64,000 bases of DNA from positions 166,806 to 230,805 of the forward strand of contig CAVSSM010000007.1 of the NCBI GenBank assembly GCA_963730605.1, written 5' to 3'. A program made the translations under genes and the position numbers. The stretch comes from an uncultured Chlamydiae bacterium. Its GTDB lineage: Bacteria > Chlamydiota > Chlamydiia > Chlamydiales > SM23-39. Position 1 is the stretch's first letter. Each line of letters opens with the position of its first letter. Below the pieces are notes generated by a model. It had not been told where the DNA came from and ran no database searches. It worked only from the letters and a program-made list of their open reading frames with translations. This document shows, in pieces, positions 31,960 through 41,758 of the stretch.

Positions 31960-32190
31960 ATGTCGACAAAAACTGAAAAACGTAAAGATCCATTACTCCT
32001 GGAATTCGCCAAGAAGATTCGTCTACGGCGACACGAGCTGCAAATGACGCAAGAGGAGCTTGCCGAAAAGGCCGAGATTCACGTGAATTTTGTAGGAGGG
32101 ATCGAACGTGCTTCAAGAAATCCCTCGTTAACGAGCATTGTGAAGCTTGCCAAAGCCCTTAAAGTGAGTCCTAAGGATCTTGTTCCTTAA
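31960..32190 (+). CDS. XRE-family (C-protein-like) HTH regulator
   Basis: MTQEELAEKAEIHVNFVGGIERASRNPSL. Confidence 0.9.
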   Translation: MSTKTEKRKDPLLLEFAKKIRLRRHELQMTQEELAEKAEIHVNFVGGIERASRNPSLTSIVKLAKALKVSPKDLVP

Positions 32191-32429
32191 AGCTGGCTCA
32201 AAATATCTTTACTCATCTTGATGAGCCGCATAGCCTCTTTGTGTTCGCCTATTGCCTTCTTGGTACAACCCCCATGTTTCAAAGCGGCTTGACGGGACTT
32301 TTCCTTGCCGACTTGAGTAATCGGCCCTTTCGACCGCCCCCCGTGCATTCGGCAGGTTGTTCGCTTGCGAATTGCCCAATTGAGGCAACGTTGCTTTGAT
32401 CTTTTGCTGATGGCTGTGCACTGTCCCAT
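32187..32429 (-). CDS. HGGxSTG-domain protein
   Basis: CTAISKRSKQRC...CRMHGGRSKGPIT..GK...ALKHG. Confidence 0.85.
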   Translation of the reverse strand: MGQCTAISKRSKQRCLNWAIRKRTTCRMHGGRSKGPITQVGKEKSRQAALKHGGCTKKAIGEHKEAMRLIKMSKDILSQL

Positions 32430-32446
32430 GGTGCAAGGGGTTCAAT

Positions 32447-33055
32447 TCAAGAAATTATGTCCCCACCCCTCCTCCCAGATGATAGGTTTTGAGCGACGAT
32501 CGCCTGCCCTTCATTATGGAAGTGGATCACTTGTACTGTTTGCTGACCCTTGGCTCGGTACTTAGTAAGAGCTTGCATGGTTTGAGTAGCAGCGTTGAAG
32601 AGTTTTGTTGCTAAATTGATATAGCGCTCAGTGTAATCAAGCTCACCTTGAAAATGGCCTTTACGCAGATAGTTCATGGCAGATGCTTGTAAAGTTATGA
32701 ATTGTCCCGCAAGCAATGCTTCCGTTTCATCCTGTGGTCTAACCGTTGGAAGTAGACTGGCCATGCGCGTGAACCGTTGCTCGAATGTTGAATCCGGTAA
32801 TCCTCTCGAGACATGCCACAATATGTCTATGGCAAAATTTGCATCATCGGTACCCGTGGCTTGCTTGAAAGCCGTTGCAAAGCGTTCCACCGATTCCTTG
32901 TTTCTAGTTGTTCCATCGGCAAGAGTGAGCTTCGTTTCCTCTCCTCCAGATTCAGGGTTATCCAATACCCGCAGAGGTTTCTCTAGACGATTTTCCACTG
33001 ACGATTTTGGCGAGAGTGGAGATATATCAGTTTGTTTTTTCAGATTTTTCTTCAC
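32447..33055 (-). CDS. Hypothetical protein of the type found next to HGGxSTG genes
   Basis: PQDETEALLAGQ...KYRAKGQQTVQVIHFHNEGQAIV. Confidence 0.7.
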   Translation of the reverse strand: MKKNLKKQTDISPLSPKSSVENRLEKPLRVLDNPESGGEETKLTLADGTTRNKESVERFATAFKQATGTDDANFAIDILWHVSRGLPDSTFEQRFTRMASLLPTVRPQDETEALLAGQFITLQASAMNYLRKGHFQGELDYTERYINLATKLFNAATQTMQALTKYRAKGQQTVQVIHFHNEGQAIVAQNLSSGRRGGDIIS

Positions 33056-33222
33056 TGCTCTATTTCCTTTAGTAGCATTTCAAATGCTACCCATTAATTT
33101 AAATCATTCAAAGAATTGATGGTACAATAGAAATCCAATGGTCCAACGATTTGTTGGATGATAAAGTTGGGATTTCCGATTTTCTGAAAACCATAGGGGA
33201 TCGGAAAATCAGAAATGCCCAT

Positions 33223-34938
33223 CTAGTCAATGAGTTCCAGATCGCGAGCCCTTTTTTGTCTTCCTTCAACCTTCGCTTTGGTCAATCCAGTTTTCTCCAT
33301 GATTTCTTTGATCGTGTGGCCTTTCTTTGTAAGTTCAGCTACGGCTAAGACTTCCGGATCGATATCGGCTTCTTCGACTTTCCAAAACCAGAGGCCATCG
33401 TTACTTTCGCACAGCTCGACTTGGAAAGGCATCGCCGCATCTCCCGCGAAATTTCGAGTTTTCTCAAAGACAACCTCGAATCGCGCCCCCTGGTCAGAAC
33501 GGTAGTTTGGTGGATGCTTGAGACAGATTACTGCGTCGAGGATGTCTTCTTTTTTGCTCGTTCCTCGTTGCTGGCCGCCTTTACCTGCGTGGTGAACGAA
33601 AAGGATCGATTTTCCGCGTCTTCGCAAATCTAAAGCCCAATCTTGGGCAGGCTGCCAACTGTCCGCATCGTTTTCTATCCCGCTTCGGAATAGAGAGGAG
33701 ATGTTATCGATAATGATCAGGTCGCAGTCGACTATGAATTCTTCGATCGTATCCCTTCCCGATCTCAGGGACAGATCGGGCATCGGTCTATCTTGCAGGT
33801 CGGGTGTAATCAGCCGAAGGTTTCCTTTGGCGAGGGTATCAAAATCGTCAGTATCTGCAATACGACGTAAGCGCTCTTGAATAGCGACTCCGGGCATTTC
33901 TCCGTCGATGAAGAGTACTTTCCTGGGCTTCGGAGCTTCCCATTTCCAAAATTTTCCGCCTCTAGCGACGGCGCCCGCAATACCAAGTGCCGCGTGAGTT
34001 TTGCCAACGCCGCGCTTGGCATAGATCATAGCTAACCCTTGCGAAGGTAAAAAAGGAGATAATAGCATTTCTCTTTCTGGGAGCTGCATAGCCAGAAACT
34101 CTCCTAGGTTCACCGCTATGATTGTACCTTTTTTCCTGGCAGGAGAGTAGTCGGGAGTTTTAGAAACGATCTCGAGCAGTTCCAACGTGGTGTGGCCCAT
34201 TGCCAGCCAATCGCTCACATCTAGTCCATGTGAATCGTGATATTCGAGCCCCGGTAGATCCACAATCCGCAACCGTTTTACTTTATTGTGAAGGTTCTCG
34301 CAGAGAAGATTTTTCCTATTAACGCCAGTCTCGTCCATATCATAGAGGATGACGACGTCGGCCCCGGCAAGCATTCCGGTAAACTCCTCAATCCATTTGA
34401 TTGATTCTGGCGAGGTCGTAGCAATGAGGCCGTAACCAATGAGCTTGTCCGCGTCTTTTTCACCCTCAACCAAGAAAATTTGTGTCCCTTCTGCAATAGC
34501 CTTGATGACCTCAGGAAGACGGTAAAGGACTTTTCTACATCCATGCAAATTTGCAATCACCTGTCCGCTCTCGTCCATGCGTTCGAGATAGAAGGTTTTG
34601 CTCTTCCCGTTTGGGCCGGGCTCGAGGCGGACTTTTCTGTAGAGTTCATGGCCTTCTTCATCTTTGTAAGAATAGACAGTGCGAAGAGGGGTGCGTTTTG
34701 CGGTCGAGTCAGACTCGAAGAGGTCGGACATCCCCAAACCAAGGGAAGCGCAAATGGAGTCAACGGGACATCCAGCGAAGCAGTGGAGCAGAATTTTTCC
34801 ATCACACCCCTCTCTGATCGAAAGGCTGGGATTTTGGTCACCATGAGCGGGGCAGCAAGCCGAGTAGCCGGCACCCGATTTCTGGGCAGCTCTGCCGGTC
34901 TTCGATTGAAGGTTTTCTAAAAATGATCGAATTTCCAT
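33223..34938 (-). CDS. Primase-helicase (Zn finger, TOPRIM, AAA_25/RepA-like)
   Basis: CPAHGDQNPSLSI..HCFAGC; FLVEGEKDAD; D.DETG; AKRGVGKT; IIIDN; VHHAGK. Confidence 0.9.
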   Translation of the reverse strand: MEIRSFLENLQSKTGRAAQKSGAGYSACCPAHGDQNPSLSIREGCDGKILLHCFAGCPVDSICASLGLGMSDLFESDSTAKRTPLRTVYSYKDEEGHELYRKVRLEPGPNGKSKTFYLERMDESGQVIANLHGCRKVLYRLPEVIKAIAEGTQIFLVEGEKDADKLIGYGLIATTSPESIKWIEEFTGMLAGADVVILYDMDETGVNRKNLLCENLHNKVKRLRIVDLPGLEYHDSHGLDVSDWLAMGHTTLELLEIVSKTPDYSPARKKGTIIAVNLGEFLAMQLPEREMLLSPFLPSQGLAMIYAKRGVGKTHAALGIAGAVARGGKFWKWEAPKPRKVLFIDGEMPGVAIQERLRRIADTDDFDTLAKGNLRLITPDLQDRPMPDLSLRSGRDTIEEFIVDCDLIIIDNISSLFRSGIENDADSWQPAQDWALDLRRRGKSILFVHHAGKGGQQRGTSKKEDILDAVICLKHPPNYRSDQGARFEVVFEKTRNFAGDAAMPFQVELCESNDGLWFWKVEEADIDPEVLAVAELTKKGHTIKEIMEKTGLTKAKVEGRQKRARDLELID

Positions 34939-34948
34939 TTGCCCCCCC

Positions 34949-35167
34949 TTAGCGTTGTTTTGGTGATTGATGTTTAGTGGCTTGATTTTCGATCCATTGC
35001 TCGAATAGGTCGATCCGCAGCATCAAACGTTTGCCAATTTTTCTGACGGCATTGTGAAGGCCGTTTCGGTGGCGGAAGAGGAGCAAGTGCCGAACCTGCC
35101 CCATGCTCAGAGAATATCGCCCACTGGATACAATTTTTTGAGGCGACCAGTATTCGTAATTGCTCAT
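34949..35167 (-). CDS. AlpA/excisionase-like DNA-binding protein
   Basis: 72 aa; NGL..AVRKIGKRLMLRIDLFEQWIE; directly upstream of the primase. Confidence 0.65.
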   Translation of the reverse strand: MSNYEYWSPQKIVSSGRYSLSMGQVRHLLLFRHRNGLHNAVRKIGKRLMLRIDLFEQWIENQATKHQSPKQR

Positions 35168-35293
35168 ATAACCTCTGGGTAATTGGGTGTTAATTATATG
35201 AGCTTGATTGTACTAGATTTTTTTACGAGAGGATTGATGACTGTATTTTTCTACATAGAGGAGAAAAAAAATATCCCTCACTTGACACCGTAT

Positions 35294-35989
35294 TTATTTC
35301 TCGACAGGTGCGTGCTTTTTTGGACGGCCTTTCTTGCGTTCCTCCAATTGGGCTAACCAAGCATCTGTAATCGTCCTTTTTTTATAGTGTCCTCCAAGAG
35401 CTCTGATTTGACGAAGAGCGCTCTGCATACGTGGATGATCATAGATTTCGTTTCTGCTTAGCCTGTATTCAAATTTGCTGACCAAGTTGTTAGCAGCTTT
35501 CAAATAGAGAGCTCTGTGATACGCCTGACTGAATTTTGGCTTTGTATGTAATGGAGAGTTTTCAGATGAAAACTCCAAGAAAATTTCGAGTAAGGGAAAA
35601 GGCAGAGCATCCAAAAACCGCCGTTTAATAGGCAAATCCTTAATTGCCGCCCACTTCATAAAACGCCAAGATGACATCGCGTAGTTTTGATCCTCGCGAA
35701 TACGCTCTGTCACACGTATTTCCTCAATCTCGCTCAAAAACCGCCGAAAGATCGTATTTGCCTCAATTGCTCTTTGGAGGTTTTTGGCATTTACATACCT
35801 CTCATCTTTTGCCAGAACCCCTTGATATACTTCAGGAATCATTCCGGCCATTAAGCAAGCGAACTCCTCAAGCGACCACCAATTTTCTTTGAAATATGCC
35901 TTATAACGATCTTCTTCCGTGGGAAAGAGAGAACGATACAGCATTCCTCCAAGACTGTCATTTTGAGTAGGGGGTTTATCTGTCATCAT
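35294..35989 (-). CDS. Hypothetical protein
   Basis: 231 aa ORF with WSLEEFACL..G..P and C-terminal KKGRPKK; RBS GAGG. Confidence 0.65.
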   Translation of the reverse strand: MMTDKPPTQNDSLGGMLYRSLFPTEEDRYKAYFKENWWSLEEFACLMAGMIPEVYQGVLAKDERYVNAKNLQRAIEANTIFRRFLSEIEEIRVTERIREDQNYAMSSWRFMKWAAIKDLPIKRRFLDALPFPLLEIFLEFSSENSPLHTKPKFSQAYHRALYLKAANNLVSKFEYRLSRNEIYDHPRMQSALRQIRALGGHYKKRTITDAWLAQLEERKKGRPKKHAPVEK

Positions 35990-36097
35990 TTCCTCGGAAT
36001 ACTATCATCCAGGCGCTGCTGGGCGTGTCCAATGGCTTTGAGAGTTTTTCTCGCAGGACTTCTTTATAGATTCTAAGTCTCGAGCCATAAACTCTCC

Positions 36098-36422
36098 TTA
36101 TGAAACGACGTGTCGCAACTGTTCAGTCACATAAGAATTTAGACTGATCCCCATAGTTTTTGCCTGAAATGCCAGTTTTGCATGAAGTTCAGGGGGAATG
36201 CGAAGATTGAAAGTGCCAGAAAAAGTCTTTTCAGGTTTCTCACCGCGTTCTCTGCACCAATTTAGATAGTCATCGACAGAACCTTTAAAAAGCTTGCTCC
36301 AATTCATCTACGCTTTTGCCTTGAAAGGTGATAATGTCGCTAAGTCCAACAACTTCGCCATGGAATATTTTGGCGTCGTCATCATATTCGACGTGTCCTA
36401 TATATCCTTTATATTTCATCAT
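36098..36422 (-). CDS. hicB: HicB antitoxin (one indel in a T-run near 36290)
   Basis: MKYKGYIGHVEYDDDAKIFHGEV..ITFQG, then SVDDYL.WC.ERGEKPEK.FSGTFNLRIPPELH. Confidence 0.88.
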
Positions 36423-36691
36423 GGCAGCTTTTTCTCCTTTGGTTTTACGCCTGCGTTCTCTAGAAATTTTCTAAGGGAGACCAATGCTCCTTTGTCGGTC
36501 TCCTTTTTCGGGTGAGGCCGATGGAAGACGGCCTTCCGCTTATTCAAAAGGATCCTAACTCTAGATCCTTCGCCTTCCGAAATCTCCGCTCCTAAAGATT
36601 CTAGGAGCTTTTCGCAGTCTTTCCAGACTACATTCGATTGGACCGGAACCTTGAAAATTGCTTCAAGGGTTCGCTCGTGCTTCTTGCTCAT
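36419..36691 (-). CDS. hicA: HicA toxin
   Basis: KHERTLEAIF..P...W...EKLL..LGAEISEGEGSRV...VFHRPHP. Confidence 0.9.
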   Translation of the reverse strand: MSKKHERTLEAIFKVPVQSNVVWKDCEKLLESLGAEISEGEGSRVRILLNKRKAVFHRPHPKKETDKGALVSLRKFLENAGVKPKEKKLP

Positions 36692-36709
36692 ATATCTTTT
36701 CTATCCTTA

Positions 36710-36731
36710 ATGGTACCATAAATTAGTACTA
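36710..36731. promoter_or_regulatory. Putative HicB operator
   Basis: Palindromes ATGGTACCAT and TAGTACTA just upstream of hicA. Confidence 0.5.
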
Positions 36732-36850
36732 TTTTTCAAATCAATCACAACCCATTTAAAGTAAACGATATAAGCTATCGTCCGCCAAGAAACCTATCGC
36801 TATTTTGGAGATTGTTGCGACGGCTTGGCGACGTCCTCTTAGGTCGTTTG

Positions 36851-37913
36851 TTATTCAGAATTTCCTTTCAAAATTTGGTCTGAGATTTGGTTACTGAACT
36901 GTTTAGTGACGGCTACATCCATGTGGGTATATTGAAGTAACATACTCAGGGTTTTGTGCCCTGTAGCGGTTTGGAGTTGGAGATTGGAGGCTCCTTTCGC
37001 GGCGGCATAGGTACAAAAAGTGTGGCGCATATCATGAGCCCTACAGCCAGTGATGTCCCCTCGTTTCAAGGCTTGTTGCCAAGCTTTTTTGATGTCGATG
37101 CGGCCAAAGGCTGTTTTGCTGGCAAAGACAAGAGGTTTTTGAGGATTTCTATTTTTGTAAAGTTGTTGCAGTTCTTCAATGACCGGATCACAGAGAGCAA
37201 TACTGCGAGGGGAGCCATTTTTGGTTTCCTTGATGAATGCAATTTTGTTGTTGAAATCGATATGTCTCCACTCGAGATTGAGAATTTCTCCCTGGCGTGC
37301 GCCCGTCGTCAAGGCGAGGAGAATGATACAGTAGAGGTGGGGGACTTGCTCTTCCGAGAAGCTTTTAAGAGTCGGGTGATTTCTTCTTCAGAAAGTACTC
37401 GATCGCGCCCTGGATTTTCTTTCAGTTTTTTCAGGCGCAGTGCAGGGTTTTCGCTAATCCATACGAGATTCTGCAACGCATAGGAGAGAATAGCAGAAAG
37501 GGAAGCGATATAGCGATTGACAGTGCAGAAGTGCGCTTTTTCCCTTTTGGGGTGGGAGTTTCAGCGAGGAATCTGTCGCTCTTTGCCGAGGAGTTCCGAA
37601 TTGATATGAACGAGGGCGTAAGCTCCCAGGCGGGATTTCCAGTAGTCGAGATGCCGCATTGTATCTTCTGCGGAACGGTGGTGTTCCAGGGCGCCATCAA
37701 GAGATAGCGATCGACTAGTTCATTGAACGTGTGGAGTGTTTTGTGCTGACCGAATTTGAACTGGCCAGCTTTGATTTGTCGCTCGATTTCGATGCGCACC
37801 AGTCTTCGGCCTCTTGCTTTACGTTCGAAGTGATTGCAGACAGTGGGGTAACCTTTGATGCGGATGACTGCGCGCCAGCCTTTGCCGTCTTTTCGTTTAT
37901 AAATAGATGCCAT
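36851..37913 (-). CDS. Tyrosine integrase (several frameshifts)
   Basis: MASIYKRKDGKGWRAVIRIKGYP; TGARQGEIL, HDMRHT, TGH....QY; paralogue of 50254-51324. Confidence 0.85.
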
Positions 37914-38081
37914 AGTTCCAACCTTATGTGTTTTAGGGTTTGGTTGGATGGCGTGCTGGTTAAAATTATTTTTCATTGCACCGCTATTGCACCGTAAGGG
38001 ATAAATTTAAACTTAAACTTGATTATTTAGATCAAGTCTAAATGCGACCTATCTACAGTGGAATTGAGTGCTTTAGAGAAA

Positions 38082-38128
38082 TGGGGCAACCTGGATTTGA
38101 ACCAGGGACCGACGGGTTATGAGTCCGC
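38082..38128 (-). tRNA. 3' part of tRNA(CAU); att site 2
   Basis: GCGGACTCATAACCCGTCGGTCCCTGGTTCAAATCCAGGTTGCCCCA; no 5' half. Confidence 0.85.
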
Positions 38129-38246
38129 GGGGTGCCTCCAATTGGCAATCAATCGCATTAACTAACAGCAGACAGTTTAGCGACTTGCAGAATTTCGATC
38201 TAGTGCGGTTTTGAGCGATCTGTTGCCACTTTTAGGAGTTTAGTGG

Positions 38247-39800
38247 TCATCCAGTGGACCTTTGGAGTGCCAGTTCTCTTCTCTGTCTGTCCATAGATTG
38301 GAGAAAGAGTTTACTTTTCATTTTTTGCTGAAGATCTTTTATCTCATAGCTTTTTGGAGAAATTTTTTGAATCATCTCCAGATAGATTTTTGCTTGGTGT
38401 AGGTCATTTTTTTGAATCCAGTAAAGACTCATGGTATAGGCAAAAGACTTCCATTCAGCGGCATGAAAAACTTTTCTGTCTGGATAAAGCTGGGATAGGG
38501 TTCCTGCATTCTCTAGGGCCGCATGAGCTTTTTCGGGTTCTCCCCGACGAAGTAGGTAGAGCGCATATTCTACACGGGCAAATAAGTAATCTGGAAAAAT
38601 TTGCAATGTTTCTTTCATTAGCTTGATGGCTTCACGAGGGCGTTTCAATTTGCGATAGGCCCCGTATAAGAAATTATAGAGCATGGGGATGTCGGGATAT
38701 TTCGATATATACATTGGGGCGGTTGCCACTACCTCTTCTGGGTTTTCTTCAGTGAGGTAGTAAAGAGCCAAAATTGATTCTCTGACATCTTCAGGGAGGG
38801 CTTTCATAGAATCTGAGGGTTCCAGGGGACCATAAGAAATGATCGATTCTTCAATTTTTATTCTAGTCGGCAGCTCGGACAAGGAGGGCTTATTCATACA
38901 GCACTTTTTATATTTTCGCCCGCTTCCACAGGAGCAGATTTCATTTCTTTGTGGTTCTTTATCAGATGATCCTTTTAGGGCTCGATTCGCATCAGTACCA
39001 GCTTGGTTGACTAGCTGGAACAACTTATCCCATTGTCGAGACTGGTTTTCATCAGAAGGGTCTGGGAATTTTGGGAGCACTTCCCAAAAACAGTGCTGTT
39101 TTATTTGTTTTTGCAGTTTTTCTATACAGCATTCTTTGCCCCGCGAAAAATCTTCAAGGACGTAGTCAAGGCCGAGATGGGTTTCATCAACTAAGTTCAA
39201 TCCAAATGATTCCCGGATCTCTTCGAGACATTCTCCAGGCCAAAGGTCTGAGCAGGAAGAGACGAGATGAGTGCAAAGCAATTCATCATCGAGCCCTCCA
39301 TTCAAAAGATGGAAAAGGCTCTTGAAATAATCTGTGATTTCTAAACGCTCAACGCGTCCTTTTACAACGGAAAACACCAATGCATCAAGACAGGCGCTGC
39401 GGATAAATTCATCAAGAGCAGGGTTTTCGATTTCAATCTTAAGCGCGCTCCATTGATTCATCGTATCAGCCAATAAATACGCTAATTCTTCTGTAGCGAA
39501 ATATTCCCCAAGGGATTGGTCAAGAGCCTCTATCGACAGATGGCAGAGCTTCTGGAGCCATTGGAATGCCTCAGATGCTCCAAGAAATCCGGCAAGCCTT
39601 AACCCCCAAAAAAGAGCAGTTGCATTCAGACATTTTTCTCCTTCCAAGAGGCGAGGGATCTCTTCTGAGAAAATGGCATTGAGATGTTGTATGACACCCT
39701 CTCGGTTTTCCGTCAGCGTAGATCTGACTTGGTCAGATAACAATTCCGCATCTCCATTTAATAATTTGCTCAGAAGCTCGCCGGCTTGAACATCGATCAT
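38247..39800 (-). CDS. DUF1186-like, SEC-C motif and TPR-like protein
   Basis: DEFIRSACLDAL..; RNEICSCGSGRKYKKCC; FPDYLFAR TPR-like tail. Confidence 0.8.
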   Translation of the reverse strand: MIDVQAGELLSKLLNGDAELLSDQVRSTLTENREGVIQHLNAIFSEEIPRLLEGEKCLNATALFWGLRLAGFLGASEAFQWLQKLCHLSIEALDQSLGEYFATEELAYLLADTMNQWSALKIEIENPALDEFIRSACLDALVFSVVKGRVERLEITDYFKSLFHLLNGGLDDELLCTHLVSSCSDLWPGECLEEIRESFGLNLVDETHLGLDYVLEDFSRGKECCIEKLQKQIKQHCFWEVLPKFPDPSDENQSRQWDKLFQLVNQAGTDANRALKGSSDKEPQRNEICSCGSGRKYKKCCMNKPSLSELPTRIKIEESIISYGPLEPSDSMKALPEDVRESILALYYLTEENPEEVVATAPMYISKYPDIPMLYNFLYGAYRKLKRPREAIKLMKETLQIFPDYLFARVEYALYLLRRGEPEKAHAALENAGTLSQLYPDRKVFHAAEWKSFAYTMSLYWIQKNDLHQAKIYLEMIQKISPKSYEIKDLQQKMKSKLFLQSMDRQRRELALQRSTG

Positions 39801-40924
39801 AATCCTCCATCCTTTTTCTTCTTACGGCGGCCCTTTGGAACATCTAGAGGAGAACCAGACAGCTCAGCTTCAATTTCTTGAATAGAAGGAAGTGATTGCT
39901 GTAGTCGTTTTGGAAGAGATTTGGTAATGATCCCTTGATATTGAGAAACGCCCATTGGTTTACGAATATCTCGCAGAGCATATTCAGCCGTAAATTGCTT
40001 TTTCGTTTTACATAAGATCAGCCCAATCGATGGATTATCCGTATCGCTTTTGACGTAATCATCCACAGCGGAAAGATAGAAATTCATTTTTCCAGCATAT
40101 TCCGGCTTGAAGCTCGTTGTTTTGATTTCGATAACACAGTAGCAGCGAAGCTGGAGATGGTAGAACAGCAAGTCGATGTAGTAGTCGTCTCCGTCAACTT
40201 CAAGATGATATTGCCGTGCTACGAAGGCAAAGCCTTGTCCCAGCTCGATGAGGAATTGCTGAATGTGATCGATCAATCCTTGTTCCAGTTCTCTTTCTTT
40301 GTATCCATTGCGCAATTCGAGAAAATCAAATTGATAGGGGTCTTTTAAGATTTCCTGCGCTAATTGGGACTGCGGCTCTGGGAGCCGATCCTTAAAATTG
40401 GTGATGGCTTTTCCATGCCGACGAAAGTACTTTGACCCGATTGCATCTTCAAGAGCGTCTCGGGTCCATCCTTCTTCGATGGTCATGTGGGCATACCAGA
40501 GACGTTCCTCGGTATCTTTAATTTTTGTAACCAGGATGACGTTATGGCCCCAGGGAATCTGTGCAACAGGGAGCTCTTCAAATTGTTTCACGGTCTGTGA
40601 GACTTTTTCATAAGATAGGTAAAACGCCCTCATTTTGAATAGGTTAGATCGTGAGAATCCGCTGATACCAGGGAACGCTTTTTGCAGTTCATTTCCTAAC
40701 GATTCAACGTCTCGAGAGCCCCATTTTTGAGTTTGCTGAATCTCAAAGATTGTTTTACCCATCTCCCAATAGAGCTTGATAAGCCGCTGGTTTACTGCAA
40801 CAGCTGCACTGAGTCGCGCCTCCTGGATTTTCTTCTTTAACTCTTGGAAAACTTCCGCAAAGCCCAAAGGAATCGAGGTCATAGAGGGAGAGTTGTCTAT
40901 TGGGGAAGGCTGTTTTTTCGCCAC
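39797..40924 (-). CDS. yhcG: YhcG/DUF1016 PD-(D/E)xK nuclease
   Basis: LYWEMG, GFSRSNL..MR.FY, PWGHN, LKDPY.FDFL, IDLLFYH, EIK, GKMNFY. Confidence 0.92.
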   Translation of the reverse strand: MAKKQPSPIDNSPSMTSIPLGFAEVFQELKKKIQEARLSAAVAVNQRLIKLYWEMGKTIFEIQQTQKWGSRDVESLGNELQKAFPGISGFSRSNLFKMRAFYLSYEKVSQTVKQFEELPVAQIPWGHNVILVTKIKDTEERLWYAHMTIEEGWTRDALEDAIGSKYFRRHGKAITNFKDRLPEPQSQLAQEILKDPYQFDFLELRNGYKERELEQGLIDHIQQFLIELGQGFAFVARQYHLEVDGDDYYIDLLFYHLQLRCYCVIEIKTTSFKPEYAGKMNFYLSAVDDYVKSDTDNPSIGLILCKTKKQFTAEYALRDIRKPMGVSQYQGIITKSLPKRLQQSLPSIQEIEAELSGSPLDVPKGRRKKKKDGGL

Positions 40925-41199
40925 GTGAAATACCCGCGGATATGTTTAGATACGGTAAGGACCAAACATTATAGGCGAGTTCAAGAATTTTGATCTATTG
41001 CCATTTTCTGGTACGCACAGTCATTGATCGCGATGATATGTCTCAACATGGCAATCAACATGGAAGCACTGGGCTGTCCACCTCTTCCATGTTGGTTGCG
41101 AAGTACACGTTGTGTGCAAGGTGTGCCTGGTGAATTTGATTTTAAATAAAATACATTAAAACGCCTTGATTCACACCAGAGAGAAAAGAGGGAGGGGAG

Positions 41200-41371
41200 C
41201 TACATTAGAGGGAACCTACCAAACATCTGCATGAGTCTCTGCTCTGCCAATTCATTCAATCGCCAAATCTCGTCTCGGTTTCGTTCGAAGGTCTTTTGAT
41301 GCATTCCCTTGGGTCTTTTGATATTCCATTCGGAATCGCCCCCGTATTTTCGAATCAAATTCCATTTTTTA
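41200..41371 (-). pseudogene. C-terminal fragment of a KPKGMH-motif protein
   Basis: Translates as KKWNLIRKYGGDSEWNIKRPKGMHQKTFERNRDEI... Confidence 0.5.
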
Positions 41372-41758
41372 AAGGATTGTCGATTAGTGAAATTCCCAGG
41401 ATGGGGAGGCAGAGGAGCATTTGTTGCAAATATCCCTCAGCGACGGCCAGATCCATATCAGATAGGGAGGGGGTGTTGGGTGTCTGGGTATTCTCGTCGG
41501 TATTAAACAGACCGGTACGTTTTATGATTTGAATGAGACGGGCTTCAAGATGCTGGATGATGGCTTTATGAAGCGTTCGATCTTTTGCAGTGAAGGCAAT
41601 GAGAATATCCCAAAATTCCTTTTTACGTTCGTGGGATTGATACGAGGAAAAACAGGGTCGCCTTCTCCCACATAGATCTTTGGTTGCTCTGTATCTCGAT
41701 TTCCCAGAAGTAGATAGATTCCTGGGTTTTGGAGTTCGGGACGGTCTTTATGTTTTAC
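41372..41758 (-). pseudogene. GIY-YIG nuclease (DUF4357-associated type) internal fragment
   Basis: RPELQNPGIYLLLG..PKIYVGEGDPV..R, then (after a shift) KEFWDILIAFTAKD..L.KA..QHLEARLI. Confidence 0.65.

Larger units (their letters stand above)
28530..38081 (-). mobile_element. Phage-satellite-like integrative element (about 9.6 kb)
   Basis: Bounded by tRNA 3' repeats. TGCACCG paired arm-like sites at both ends (about 28649-28667 and 37977-37995). Carries int, AlpA-like, primase-helicase and HGGxSTG genes; no structural genes. Confidence 0.82.
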
